Assembly: GCF_009914755.1 (NCBI RefSeq)
Contig: NC_060946.1
Length of the DNA: 64,000 nt
Source of the DNA: the human T2T-CHM13v2.0 reference genome, Homo sapiens
Strand: one strand, 5' to 3'
The notes beneath the pieces are model-generated. The model was not told where the DNA came from. It did not search any database and saw nothing but the letters and a program-made list of their open reading frames with translations. The position numbers and the translations under genes are program-made. Numbering within the stretch: position 1 is the first letter of the stretch; each line of letters starts with the position of its first letter. Positions 49,018 through 64,000 of the stretch are shown here, piece by piece.

Positions 49018-49552
49018 GTTCTCTTTTTTCCGATCAGAACTCCTCTGGAAGAGCGATTTGTTCACATTCTGTTTGCTCTCAGAACTGAGCCATTGGCGAG
49101 TTTGCTCTTAGTGGGAGCTCGGTAAATGTTCACTGCCTGACATTTCTCTTGCCAAATCTCAAGATGAAACCGTGGGAAAGGGAGTCATTCTTATCTGCCA
49201 GCATACTTTGATTTTACATGGTAAGTGAAGGAGCTGGGATCTGAACTGAGATTTTTGGAAGCCAACTTCAATAGTCTTTCTCCTACATAATGATGTCTCG
49301 CAATTGACAATCCCATTTGCAATCACTTGTAACAAGATCTGATTTGGTGTACTCATGGAGACTGACTCTATACCTGGTTCCTTACAAAAAACAATAGAGA
49401 TCAACTGTCAAAAGTATCTTTATCACTGAAAAAAATAGTTTTTTATCTGCATCTCTCTTAGAAGGATAAAGAAAATCTGATTTATAATGCGAAGCAATAC
49501 TTCTTAAAAATTCCTTCTCTTCTCTGATTTCTTTCACACCCTGCAGTAGCTC

Positions 49553-49772
49553 TAGAGTAATGCTATCTGAAAGGACTTTCTGTGATGATGGAAATGTTTT
49601 ATATCTGCATTGCCCCATATAGTAGCTACTGCCCACGTGGGACTGCTGAGCACTAGAAATGGGCTCATATAACTGGGGATATGAAGTTTTCATTTTATTT
49701 AATTTTACCTACTTTAGGTTTCAATCTTATAGTTGGATGTATCTAGTGATTGCTGTGTTTGGTGCACAGCTG
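49553..49772. mobile_element. MER3-like hAT MITE
   Basis: ctttctgtgatgatggaaatgttttatatctgc motif. Confidence 0.7.
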
Positions 49773-49791
49773 TACAGCCTCTTACCCCTAA

Positions 49792-50174
<383 letters not shown>

Positions 50175-50677
50175 TCTCCATCAAGCTCTTTATCATGTAG
50201 TCGGCTTTACTTCCGCAGAGCTTTCTTCTTGCCCCAGCCATTTGCTCACAACAAAGAAGGGCCTGGGAGCTGAAATCCACAGCTGGCCTCTCCTTTCCCC
50301 CGCCTCCCAGTCCTCGCTTTTTCATTACTCAGATTCTCCATTCTGCACACAATATGTTAGGGAGCCTCTGAGGCAAACATAGAACTCTCCTAAGGGTGGG
50401 GAAAGGAGAAAAAGTTGAGTGAGAAAAGAAAAAAATTATCCTCAAAAAATGATTGAAATTGATTGAAAAAAGACAAAATTCTCCTAAGTGAGGGGTAAGG
50501 GTTAGAAGGAAGAAAGAAATGCTGGGAAGTCTTAGAAATGAATAAACCATGACTATACTGTTATTATTACACTATAATAATGATAATGCAAATAAATTGT
50601 GCAGCATCTAGTGGTTCAAGTGTGCCCTATACCTTTTACCTTCACTATGGAGGGGGTTGTTTAAAAGCACCAAGAGG

Positions 50678-51068
<391 letters not shown>

Positions 51069-51250
51069 TTAGTCCACAGGCAAGCAGCCACTTTTCATCA
51101 GAAGTCATCATCCACAGTGTCAGGGTCAGTGGAAGCACAGAGAAGATCAGTGAGAGCTCGTGGTAGGGAGGGGACTCCAGTGACATTGTGATCAGGTAAT
51201 ATGGCATGGTCCGTTTCAAAGACTTTGGGTCTTACACCTAACCTAATTAG

Positions 51251-51406
<156 letters not shown>

Positions 51407-51553
51407 TAAAACTCTGGTTTGAGCATGGCATGGAGAATGGATGTTAGACTAGAGTCCACGAAGAGAGACGTCAGTCATCAACTGGAGGTGGCAAGTACCA
51501 CAGCAGCAACCCATTGCATAGCAGTGGAGGCACTGAATAGAAAACTGAACAAC

Positions 51554-51688
51554 CTTTGCTATTGTGAATAGTGCCGCAATAAACATACGTGTGCATGTGT
51601 CTTTATAGCAGCATGATTTATAATCCTTTGGGTGTATACCCAGTAATTCATCTACCCTAGAACTTAAAGTACAATTAAAAAAAAAAAA
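51554..51688 (+). mobile_element. Micro L1PA insertion with inversion
   Basis: 94-bp antisense ORF2-end piece, 5-nt linker, then the last ~24 nt of L1 and A12. Confidence 0.85.
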
Positions 51689-52818
51689 TCTAACAATCTG
51701 CTGCAGGTGCAAAGAGGAAAAGGAGGTGTGTCTCAAAAGATAATGCAGTCTTTAATATTGATATCAGTGGAACAGGATGTCTTTTTCTTCTTTTTTGCTT
51801 TGTAGTTTAATCACTGTCTTCTAAGGCCCTTTGTCTCTCAATATCTTGAGGCAGGGAAATCTACTCTGTTCTAAGTAGCAGAAGGAGAAGAATTTGAAGG
51901 TCCAGGGTTGTTTCTGGAGGGAGAAGTTGAAAGGCAAAGAAAGAAGGGGGAAAAGAGAATTTTGTGAAACGGTGGAAACTAAGCAGTGCATGAGGATGGG
52001 AGGAGTCCCCTGTGGTGTGGGGCCAGTGCCAAATAGTATGAGATTTTGAGTTGATGACACTGTGCAACACGCTCATTATTCTAGAGTCTCCAGTGAAATC
52101 TATCTTAGGCAAACATGCATTCTTTGTATTTATCTTACTTGGGAAAGAAGAGAAATGTAAAGACAAGGGGCTATGTCCACGTGCAAGTAAATGCTGGGAG
52201 TGTAAGAAAGAATAAAAGAGTAGATGCAAAATCCAAGCAAACAGAGACCCTCAGGAGAATTATGAAAAGGTAGGTGACACGGAAGTCACTGGTGTGAATA
52301 TAGTGCTACAGAGGAGCACAGCTGAGATTCAAACCCAGGAAAGTGTACCCTTCTTCCCTACACTTTTGACAGGCCTCGATGCAGCTATTGGACACTCCAG
52401 GCTGTGCAATGGGGTGAGCAACCACTCGCATGCAACCAGCCTCACTTGTGCAGACCATTCGCAACTGTCACACACAGATGTTCTGGCTGTCACTCTGCTA
52501 GGGCTTTCCTGTTTATTTTGTGTGTGTGTCTCCAGGCAGTGACATTCCTGTCAAATGGTGATGGAATGTCAAGTCAGATTACTCCCAGTATGATATGGAG
52601 AGACAAGCGCTGATGGAAGGTGCCACTTCCCTGGTTCAGATGTGCACAGTCGTCACCAGCAATTAATGCCACTGCATTGGTCCTGCCTCCCTACTGGAAC
52701 AGACCTGAATGTGCTAGGCAGACAGGGAGGAAGAAGCTTCCAGGCCTTTAAGTTTATCAGCCACAGTCTCTGTGCTGTCTGCAGCAATGATAACTAAGAG
52801 TGAGATACAGAAGAGCCA

Positions 52819-53131
52819 GGCTGGGCGCGGCGCAGTGGCTCATGCCTGTAATCCCAGCACTTTGGGAGGCCAGGGAGGGTGGATCACGAGGTCAGGAGAT
52901 CGAGACCATCCTGGCCAATGTGGTGAAACCCCATCTCTACAAAAATACAAAAACTAGCTGGGTGTGGTGGCACCATGCCTGTAGTCCCAGGTACTCAGGA
53001 GGCTGAGGCAGGAGAATCGCTTGAACCTGGGAGGCAGAGGTTGCAGGGAGCTGAGATCACACCACTGCACTAGAGCCTGGCGACAGAGCCAGACTCCATC
53101 TCAAAATAAATAAATAAATATAAAAAAAAAA
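52819..53131 (+). mobile_element. AluSc-like
   Basis: TSD agaagag(c/t)ca. Confidence 0.92.
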
Positions 53132-53460
53132 GAAGAGTCATAGCAAGGGGAGGTATTGTCCTACTATGAACCAGCTACTGTGCTGGGTGGCTCACATACC
53201 ATGTCTCAGCTTAGGAGAGTGACCGAGATCCTTACCTTTGGGATTGGATACAAACTTATTTGTGGCCATGAGCAAGTTTCTTAAAACTTATAAACACCAA
53301 TTTCTTAATCTGTAAAACTGGGATGAGGATAGCTAGTTTTGTGTAGCATTAAATAACGTTCATTTACTCTAAAAATATGCAGGATATAGTTGAATATATA
53401 TACATTCAATGGGCTAAATATATTCAATGGATAACACAGTGAAGAAAATGGACAAAATCA

Positions 53461-53782
<322 letters not shown>

Positions 53783-53849
53783 TCACATTTGAGTGAAAGG
53801 AGACAGAAAGTAAATAAGTTGTTACAACGTCTATAAAGAACAGAATTTC

Positions 53850-54092
53850 TTTTTTTTTTTTTTTTTTTTTTGTGGTTGGTAGACATCTGATTTTAATTTT
53901 TTTATATCTGCTTTTCTGAGATTTATACATTTTACATAATAAACAAGTTTTATCTTCCTAAAGGAAAAACACACATCATTACTGGCATAGCCTTCACCCT
54001 GGTATCTGAGCACATGTCCATTATACAACCTATCTGTGCCTAGCTATCAGAGTTGCCTTTCTTTTTTTTTTTTTTTTTTGGGGGGCGGGAAA
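53850..54092 (-). other. SVA-mediated 3' transduction (~190 bp non-SVA sequence plus poly(A) tracts)
   Basis: Lies between the SVA poly(A) and a distal T22 tract, inside the TSD pair; minus-strand ATTAAA (53892-97) ~20 nt before the distal tail. Confidence 0.8.
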
Positions 54093-55785
54093 TTTTTTTT
54101 TTTTTTATTGACCATTTTTGGGTGTTTCTCGCAGAGGGGGATTTGGCAGGGTCACAGGACAATAGTGGAGGGAAGGTCAGCAGATAAACAAGTGAACAAA
54201 GGTCTCTGGTTTTCCTAGGCAGAGGACCCTGTGGCCTTCCACAGTGTTTGTGTCCCTGGGTACTTGAGATTAGGGAGTGGTGATGACTCTTATGGAGCAT
54301 GCTGCCTTCAAGCATCTGTTTAACAAAGCACATCTTGCACCGCCCTTAATCCATTCAACCCTGAGTGGACACAGCACATGTTTCAGAGAGCACAGGGTTG
54401 GGGGTAAGGTCACAGATCAACAGGATCCCAAGGCAGAAGAATTTTTCTTAGTACAGAACAAAATGAAAAGTCTCCCATGTCTACTTCTTTCTACACAGAC
54501 ACGGCAACCATCCGATTTCTCAATCTTTTCCCCACATTTCCCCCCTTTCTATTCCACAAAACCGCCATTGTCATCCTGGCCCGTTCTCAATGAGCTGTTG
54601 GGTACACCTCCCAGACGGGGTGGCGGCCGGGCAGAGGGGCTCCTCACTTCCCAGTAGGGGCGGCCGGGCAGAGGCGCCCCTCACCTCCCAGACGGGGCGG
54701 CTGGCCTGGCGGGGGGCTGACCCCCCCACCTCCCTCCCGGACGGGATGGCTGGCTGGGCGGAGGGCTGAACCCCCACCTCCCTCCCGGACGGGGCGGTTG
54801 GCCGGGAGGGGGGCTGACCCCCCCCACCTCCCTCCCGGATGGGGCAGCTGGCCAGGTGGGGGGCTGACCCCCCCACCTCCCTCGCGGACGGGGCGGCAAG
54901 CCGGGCGGGGGACTGACCCCCCACCTCCCTCCCGGACGGGACGGCTGGCCTGGCGGGGGCTGACCCCCCACCTCCCTCCCGGACAGGGCGGCTGGCCTGG
55001 CGGGGGCTGACCCCCACCTCCCTCCCGGACGGGGTGGCTGCCGGGCGGAGACGCTCCTCACTTCTCAGACGGGGCGGCTGCCAGGCAGAGGGTCTCCTCA
55101 CTTCTCAGACGGGGCGGCCGGGCAGAGACGCTCCTCACATCCCAGATGGGGCGGCAGGGCAGAGGTGCTCCCCACATCTCAGACGATGGGCGGCCGGGCA
55201 GAGACACTCCTCACTTCCTAGATGGGATGGCGGCCGGGAAGAGGCGCTCCTCACTTCCTAGATGGGATGGCAGTCGGGCAGAGACGCTCCTCACTTTCCA
55301 GACTGGGCAGCCAGGCAGAGGGGCTCCTCACATCCCAGACGATGGGTGGCCAGGCAGAGACGCTCCTCACTTCCCAGATGGGGTGGCGGCCGGGCAGAGG
55401 CTGCAATCTCGGCAGTTTGGGAGGCCAAGGCAGGCGACTGGGAGGTGGAGGTTGTAGCGAGCCGAGATCACGCCACTGCACTCCAGCCTGGGCACCATTG
55501 AGCACTGAGTGAACGAGACTCTGTCTGCAATCCCGGCACCTCGGGAGGCCGAGGCTGGCGGATCACTCGCGGTTAGGAGCTGGAGACCAGCCCGGCCAAC
55601 ACAGCGTGAAACTCCATCTCCACCAAAAAGATACGAAAACCAGTCAGGCGTGGCGGCGCGCGCCTGCAATCGCAGGCACTCGGCAGGCTGAGGCAGGAGA
55701 ATCAGGCAGGGAGGTTGCAGTGAGCCGAGATGGCAGCAGTACAGTCCAGCTTCGGCTCGGCGTCAGAGGGAGACCATGGAAAGAG
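54093..55785 (-). mobile_element. SVA retrotransposon (C/D-like) lacking the (CCCTCT)n hexamer head
   Basis: SINE-R ~54104-54600, GC-rich VNTR ~54610-55400, Alu-like ~55400-55785; AATAAA at 54104-09 on the minus strand. Confidence 0.97.
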
Positions 55786-56094
55786 CAGAAGAGAATTTCT
55801 TATTTCATCCCTGTGAAGCATTGTTAGTACCAATGAGGCACATGAGGCTGTTTAAATCACTTGCCCTGGATTATATAACCAGATTTTTGTTCAGCTGGGA
55901 ACACTGGGGGGATGAAAAACAAGAGGAATATATGCATGTCTCCTGCTTCTCTAATCAGCTGAATCCAGGACCAAGGTACTTAATGTGAAAAGTTCTCAAA
56001 GAACCATTCATAATTTGTTGAATCATCTTAAAGCGTATGGGCCAAACTAGGTCATATTCAAAAATGTGGCCAAGAAACACATACCCCACAGTAC

Positions 56095-56198
56095 CAGCCA
56101 TTCCACTGGGCCCGAGACTAAAGGGTTTCCTAGGTTGTGAGACTTTCAGTGCTTAAAACAAGGACAGTTCCAGGCAAACTGGAATAAACTGGTCACTG
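56095..56198. mobile_element. MER94-like hAT fragment
   Basis: gggtttcctaggttgtgagactttcagtgcttaaaac...ggtcac. Confidence 0.6.
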
Positions 56199-56737
56199 CT
56201 GCCAAGACCCCAGGCAGATTTAATTTCTAAACGACATAGTGAGGATGGAGTGTTTTCAAAGGCAGCTAGGTAGGGAACACCTGCAAACTCAATATAAGTA
56301 GTAGAATCAAGCAGAGAAAGCAAGATGTCTGAGGAAGGCTCTACTCTGAGTCAGAGCTGTCTGTGCCTGAGTCACCTTATTTTACCAGTTTCTCTGGGAT
56401 TGGCTTCAGGACAGGTGAACAATGCATAGTGATCACCTAGTTGAGCACCACATAATCATCTGAATGAATGTGGATGGTTAGTCAATAACTGTTTAAATAA
56501 ATGCACCTCTTGGGCTGCCTGTTATCTGTATCAATAATCCATCCTTGAGCTCAGGCCCAACTCTTTAGGGTAACAGGCACTGCAAAATTAAGAAGAGTGA
56601 TGAACTTGGCGTTAGACGTCCCAGCTCTGCTTCTCATAAGTGGGGTGCCCTTGCCAAGACACTTAATCTTTGTGAGTTTCAGATCCTCATTTGTAAAATG
56701 GAGATAAATTGTTACCCTCATCTCCCTATAATGATAA

Positions 56738-57478
<741 letters not shown>

Positions 57479-58433
57479 ACCAAATACAACATGAAGCATT
57501 ATCCAAGTATGACCTGCACATTCCCGGCCTCTGCCTGCAGGTGTTCTTTAAATGTAATTCTAATTTCTTTTAAGGATATACATGAATGTTATATGAAAAG
57601 CCGAATAGCTCTATAAGACTTATCATGAAAAACAGCAGTTCCTGCCCCTGCCCTTGCCCCTGCCCTGAACCTCATTCATTTCCTCCCCTAAAGGCATTTT
57701 CAACTCTTCTAGTTGTGTGTGTGTGTGTATTTTTCAGCATTAACCTTTGTATTTCAAACTATTATATCTCTTTTTCCAGGATGGTGAATTAGAGGCTTTT
57801 AGCATGTCTTAGCCACTTGGAAATTCATAAAGATAAACTCTGTGAGCTTTAATTTAAGAAGAAAAATGGGAAATCCACAAGAATTGTGAAGGACACCTCA
57901 GATCCCAGGAAGGAGAATTCAGGCAAAAAGCCCCCATGCTGGCATCAGGCGGATAAGGTGAGTGAAGCCCCAGTATGTGAAAGAGGCAGAGAGCCTCCCT
58001 CTATGACTCTTCTTTCCACTGGGGATCCAAGGCTGAGGGAGAGCCCTTTGTTGCTCCCAATCCCTGGAGCTAACTTGGGTAGAGGCTTGGAGATGCTGTA
58101 AAGGAAAGGAGAAAAAATAATAATGTACAGAAAAAATCCTACCAACACAAAAATAATTATAAAAATCAGAAGTCTTCAGATAAGAAGGAACCAGTGTAAG
58201 AATTCCAGCACCATGAAAAATCTGAAGGTAGTGACATCACCAAAGGATCGCACTAGCTCTCCAGCAGTGGTCACTAACCAAAATGGAAATTCAGAAATAA
58301 CAGATAAAGAATTTAAAACATGGATTACAAGGAAGCTCAATGAGATCCAAGACAAGGTTAAAAACCTGCACAAAGAAACTTCTAAAGCAATCCAGAAAAG
58401 GAAGACATAAACATCTTAAAAAGAAATCAATCA

Positions 58434-58716
58434 GGCCAGGTACAGTGGCTCACGCCTGTAATCCCAGCACTTTGGGAGGCCAAGGCAAGCAGATCATAAG
58501 GTCAGGAGTTTGAGAACAGCCTGGCCCACATGTTGAAACCCCATCTCTACTAAAAATACAAAAATTAGCCCAGCGTGATGGTGTGTGTGTGTGTAATCCC
58601 AGCTACTCAGGAGGCTGAGGCAGGAGAATTACTTGAACCCAGGAGGTGGAGGTTGCAATGAGCCAAAATTGCACAATTATACTCCAGCCTGGGCAACAAG
58701 AGCAAGACTCTGTCTC

Positions 58717-58744
<28 letters not shown>
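58434..58744 (+). mobile_element. AluS
   Basis: Dimer with long A-tail; TSD-like aaaagaaatc(a/c)atca. Confidence 0.92.
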
Positions 58745-58747
<3 letters not shown>

Positions 58748-58891
58748 AAAAGAAATCCATCAGAGCTTCTGGAACTGAAAAACTTAAGAAATTTCAAAAT
58801 ACATTTGAAAGCTTTGTCAATAGATTGGACCGAGCAGAAGAAGGAATTTCAGAGCTAGAAGACTGGTCTTTCAAACTAAACTAGTCAGTGT

Positions 58892-59017
58892 GGCTGGGCA
58901 CAGTAGTTCATGCCTGTAATCCCAGCATTTTGGGAGGCTGATGGGGGAAGATTACTTGAGCTCATAAGTTCAAGGCCAGCCTGGACAACATGGTGAAACC
59001 CCATCTCTACAAAAAAA

Positions 59018-59058
<41 letters not shown>

Positions 59059-59225
59059 TAAATAATAGCCAGGCATGGTGGTGCGCACCTATAGTCCTAG
59101 CTACTCAGGAGGCTGAGGTGGGAGGATGGCTTGAGCTTGGGAAATGGAGGTTGCAGTGAGCCAAGATTGTGTCACTGCATTCCAGTCTGGGTGATAGAGC
59201 CAGATCTTATTTCAATTAAAAAAAA
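58892..59225 (+). mobile_element. Alu (J/S) with (CA)n in the middle linker
   Basis: Dimer; (CA)n at 59019-59056. Confidence 0.88.
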
Positions 59226-62200
59226 TCAAGAAATATAGGATTATGTAAAGCAACTAAACCTATGAACTATTGGCATTCCTGAGAGAGATAGAGAAAAGGA
59301 AAACAAGCTGAAAATCATATTTGAGGGAATAATTAAAAAAGATGTCCCTAACCTTGCTAGAGACATAGACATCTAGATACAATAAATCCAGAGAATGCCT
59401 ATGAGATACTATACAAATTGATCATTATCAAGGAATACAGTCACCAGACTGTCCAAGGTCAACACTAAAGAAAAAGTCTTAAAGGCAGCTAGAGAAAAAG
59501 TCAGATCATGTATAAAGGAAATCCCATCAGGCTAACAGCAGATTTCTCAGCAGAAATCTTACAAGCCAGGAGAGACTGTGGGCATGTTTTCACATTATTA
59601 AAGAAAAGAAATTTCAACCAAAATTTTTATATCCCACCAAACTAAGCTTCATGAGCAAGGGAGAAATACAATATTTTCCAGACAAGCAACCACTAAACGA
59701 ATTCATTACCACTAGACCAACCTTACAAGAGATCCTTAATGGAGTTCTAGACATGGAAACAAAAGAACAACACCTGCTACCAAGGAAACACACTTAAGCA
59801 CATAGCCCACAGACCCTGTAAAGCAGCCACACAATAGAAACTTCAGCAAGCCAACAGCTTCATGATAGGATCAAAACCTCACATATCAATATTAACCTTG
59901 AAGGTAAATGGCCTAAATACCCCACTTAAAAGGCAAAAAATGGCAAATTGGATTAAAAAAACAAGACCCATTTGTTTGCTGTTTTCAAGAGAACCATCTC
60001 ACATGTAATGGCACCCACAGCCTCAAAGTAAAAAGTTGGAGTAAGATCTATCACTCAAATGGAACACAAAAAAAGAACAGGGATTGCTATTCTTATGTCA
60101 GATAAAACAAACTTTAAACTAACACAGTAAAAAAAGGAAAAAAACAGGTTACATAATGATAAAGGATTCAATTCAATAAGAAGATTTAACTATCCTGAAT
60201 ATATATGCACCCAACATTGCAGCACTCAGATTCATAAAACAAGTACTTCTGGACCTGCAAAAAGGCTTAAAGAGCTACACAAAAATAGTGGGGGACTTCA
60301 ACACCTCACTGACAGTGTTAGATCCCTGAGGCAAAAAACTAATAAATTCTGGACTTAAATTTGATACTTGACCAATTGGACCTAGCAGACATCTACAGAA
60401 TACTCCACCAATCAATCAACCACAGAATATATGTATTTCCATATGTTCAGCCATAAAGCATCTCAGTACATTTTAAAAAAATCAAAATCATACCAAACAT
60501 ACTCTCAGACCACAGAGGAATAAAAATAGATGTCAATACCAAAAAGATCTCTCAAAACCACACAATTACATGAAAAGTAAAAACTTGCTCCTGAGTGACT
60601 TTTGGGTAAACAGTGACATTCAGGCAGAAATCAAAAACATATTTGAAATAAATGAAAGCAGAGACATAACATACCAAAATCTCTGCGATTCACCAAAGGA
60701 AGTGCCAAGAGGAAAGTTTATGGCACTAAATGGCTACCTCAGAAATTTAGAAGGATCTCAAATTAGTGATCTAATATCACACCTAGAGAAACTAGAAATA
60801 CAAAATCAAACTAACCCCAAAGCTAGCAGGAGAAAGAAATAACTAAAATCAGCAGAACTAAATAAAATTGAGACGCAAAATTTTGTACAAAGAATCAGTG
60901 AAGCTAGAAGTTGGTGTTTTGAAATGATAAACAAGATCAATAGACCGCTAGCTAGATTAACAAAAAAAGAGGAAGGTCTAGAGAAGCACAACCAGAAATG
61001 GCAAAAATGGCATTACAACCTATCATAGAAACGCAAAAGATTATCAGAGACTATTACGAACACATCTATGCACACAACCAGAAAATCTAGAGAAAAATGG
61101 GTAAATTCCTGGAAACACACAATGTCCCAAGATTGAATCAGGAAGCAATTGAAACCCTAAACAGATATAAAGTTCTGAATTGAATCAGTAATAAAAAAAA
61201 AAAAAAAAAAAACCCAGACCATAGGAATTCACAGGCAAATCCTACAAGATACAGAAGAGCTAATACCAATCCTACTGAAACTATTCCAAAAAATCAAGGA
61301 GAAACGACTCCTCTTTAATTTATTCTTCAAAGTCAGTATCACCCTGATACCATAACCTGGCAAAGACACAGTAAAAAAAGAAAACTACAGACCAGTATCC
61401 CTGATGAATATAGACATAAATATATTCTTGACATTAGGCCTTTATCAGATGCATGGTTTGCAAATATTTTCTCCTGTTCTGTAGGTTGTCTGTTTACTCT
61501 TTTGGTAGTTTCAAGCAAAAATCAAACAAAATATTAGCAAAATGATGCCAGAAGCACATCAAGAAGTTACTTCAGCATGATCAAGTAGGCTTCATTCCAG
61601 GAATGCAAGGTTGATTCAACACATGCAAATAATTCACCACATTAACAATTAAAAACCATATTACCATCTCAATAGGTGTGGAAAGAGCTTTTGATAAAAT
61701 CCAATGTGCCTTCATAATAAACCACCTCAAGAAACTAGGCATCAAAGAAACATACCTCAAAATAATAAGAGCAGTCTGTGACAAATCCACAGCTAATGAG
61801 CAAACTGGAAGCATTTTCCTTGAAAACAAGAACAAGGCATACGTGCCCACTCTCACCACTTCTATTCAACAGAGTACTGGAAGCCCTTTCCAGATCAGTC
61901 AGGCAAGAGAAAGAATTAAAAGGCATCTAAACAGAAAAGAAGGTGAACTATCTCTCTTTGCAGATGACATGATTTTATACCTAGAAAACCCTAAAGACTC
62001 TACCAAAAGCCTTCTGGAACTGATAAATGACTTTGGTAAAGTTTCAAGATAAAAATTAATGTATAAAAATCAGTAGCATTTCTGTACACTGATAACGTTC
62101 AAGCTGAGAGCCAAATCAACAACACAATCACATTTACAATAGCTGCAAAAATAAATAAATAAATAAATAATACCTTGGAATTTAACCACGGAGGTGAAAG

Positions 62201-62778
62201 ATCTCTACAAGTAGAACTTCAGAACACTGTTGAAATAAATTATCGATGATACAAACAAGTGGAAAAATACTCCATGCCCATAGATTAGAAGAACCAACAT
62301 CATTAAAATGGTCATACTGCCCAAAGTAATCTATAGATTCAGCGCTATTCTTATCAAGCTACTAATGTCATTTTTCACAGAACTAGGAAAAACTTCTAAA
62401 ATTCACGGGAAACCAAAAAAGAGCCCAAACAGCTGAAGCAATTCTGAGCCAGAGCTGCTGTTGCTCACTGTTGCTCACTCAGCACCCAGAGGAAGTGGAG
62501 GACAGCCCACAGATGACCCGCCCTGCAGGAGACAAGGCACACCTTATGGTGTGGGAAAACTCCAATCACAATTATCTTTCGTCTTAAGTTCCAAAAGGAC
62601 ATGCATTTCTTTCTACTGTTGAAACAAACAAAAAAAGACGAGTGTACTTGCGAACAAAGGGGCAGGAAACAGGAGGCAGCAAACACTACAGGCTTTCCTT
62701 CCATGTGACAAAGGGATGATGCATCTCAGAGGTGGGAGTTCAGATCCTGAGATGCCACACTTAAGAATAATAATAGCC

Positions 62779-63203
<425 letters not shown>

Positions 63204-64000
63204 TTACATTTGATCTAAAGTTATAAGCTCGAATTTCAAACGTACAGCTCTCCATCTTGGGAAGGAAGATGATTGACTTTGATAAGCACTCCACCAGAGA
63301 GATAGACAGTGTAAGAAGCACAAGGCAGAAGGCTTGATGGATGAACTGTGGAGAGGGCAGAGCTTCATACCTTCCACCAAACGCCTCAATTAAAAAACGA
63401 GGTTGTAGGGGGATGGTTGTAAGATGTTTATATATTCAAAGATGGAGCAATAAAAGCTCAAAATGATCTGTATGATAGAAAAAGGGAAAAGAAAATGTAT
63501 TTATCACCCACAATATCCCCTAGCGTGGTGCCAGACACTTCACATGGGTTATCCAGTGATCCTTCCTTTGACAGAATAGGAAACTAAGAATTTTATGTGA
63601 TCAATATCCTGTAGCCAATAAAAGGAGGGCTTAGGATTCAAATTCAGGTCTGTCTGTCACCAAAGCCCATATATGCCATTGTTCTTGGAGGAATCCTTAG
63701 AAGCCTTTTCTCACTCACTCATATTGTTCTGAAAGGATGTGGATATAAGGACAATCAAAGTTCATTCTAATGTTTTTTGTTCCAGTAGAGGGGCCTGACG
63801 TGGGAAAGGTGGAACACTGGTTGGGCAGTACATCTGTATTGGTAACCATGACCCTCTTCACAGCTTCACATTCAGACACACTTTTCTTCCTGTAGAGAGA
63901 AGACCTGAGTCTCAGGTTGCCTGCTTGGGGCAGGCTGACATTGGATTTGGAAACTCTTTCCTGTGCGTGCTTCATGGAACCCAGTATTTAATGATGCCTC

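Larger units (their letters stand above)
57775..62450 (+). mobile_element. Old primate L1 (L1P4/L1PA16-PB-like): 5'UTR, ORF1 and ORF2 through RT; 3' end missing
   Basis: ORF1-like 58123..58410; endonuclease motifs ~59880-60520; RT SLFADDMILYLENPKDS at ~61950; ends abruptly at gcaattctgagc. Confidence 0.88.

Noticed and set aside
50195-50330. Possible promoter (acttccgc ETS-like and cccccgcctccc GC-box-like motifs)
   Set aside because: Isolated short motifs with no CpG island or linked exon; not supportable without chromatin data.
54277-55827. Many overlapping Pro/Gly/Arg-rich ORFs and an apparent CpG island
   Set aside because: They arise from the SVA VNTR and Alu-like domains.

Overview
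Repeat-dense hominid genomic DNA, probably human: an SVA, AluY/S/J elements and primate L1s are all present. I see no intact protein-coding exon, structural RNA gene or CRISPR array, and the ORF track is almost entirely Alu, L1, SVA, microsatellite or pseudogene noise. The main content is a disabled processed pseudogene of mitochondrial aconitase (ACO2, - strand, ~17.5-20.1 kb), a near-full-length Charlie3/MER1 hAT transposon, a Tigger3b, an SVA, about 27 Alus, several L1s (four with 5' inversions), solo LTRs, a tailless U2 snRNA retrocopy and a ~1.2 kb palindromic AT-rich array. The most notable unexplained structures are two. First, the SVA carries a ~190-bp 3' transduction with its own ATTAAA signal and second poly(A), all inside one TSD pair. 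Second, three independent 88-132 bp tail-less, TSD-less direct copies of sequence lie 1.4-2.7 kb from their donors, with iterated or fold-back junctions, alongside other fold-back or captured fillers. These look like fossil templated-repair scars. I cannot claim a new biological system from sequence alone. Repeat subfamily names are from memory of consensus sequences and need RepeatMasker/Dfam confirmation.
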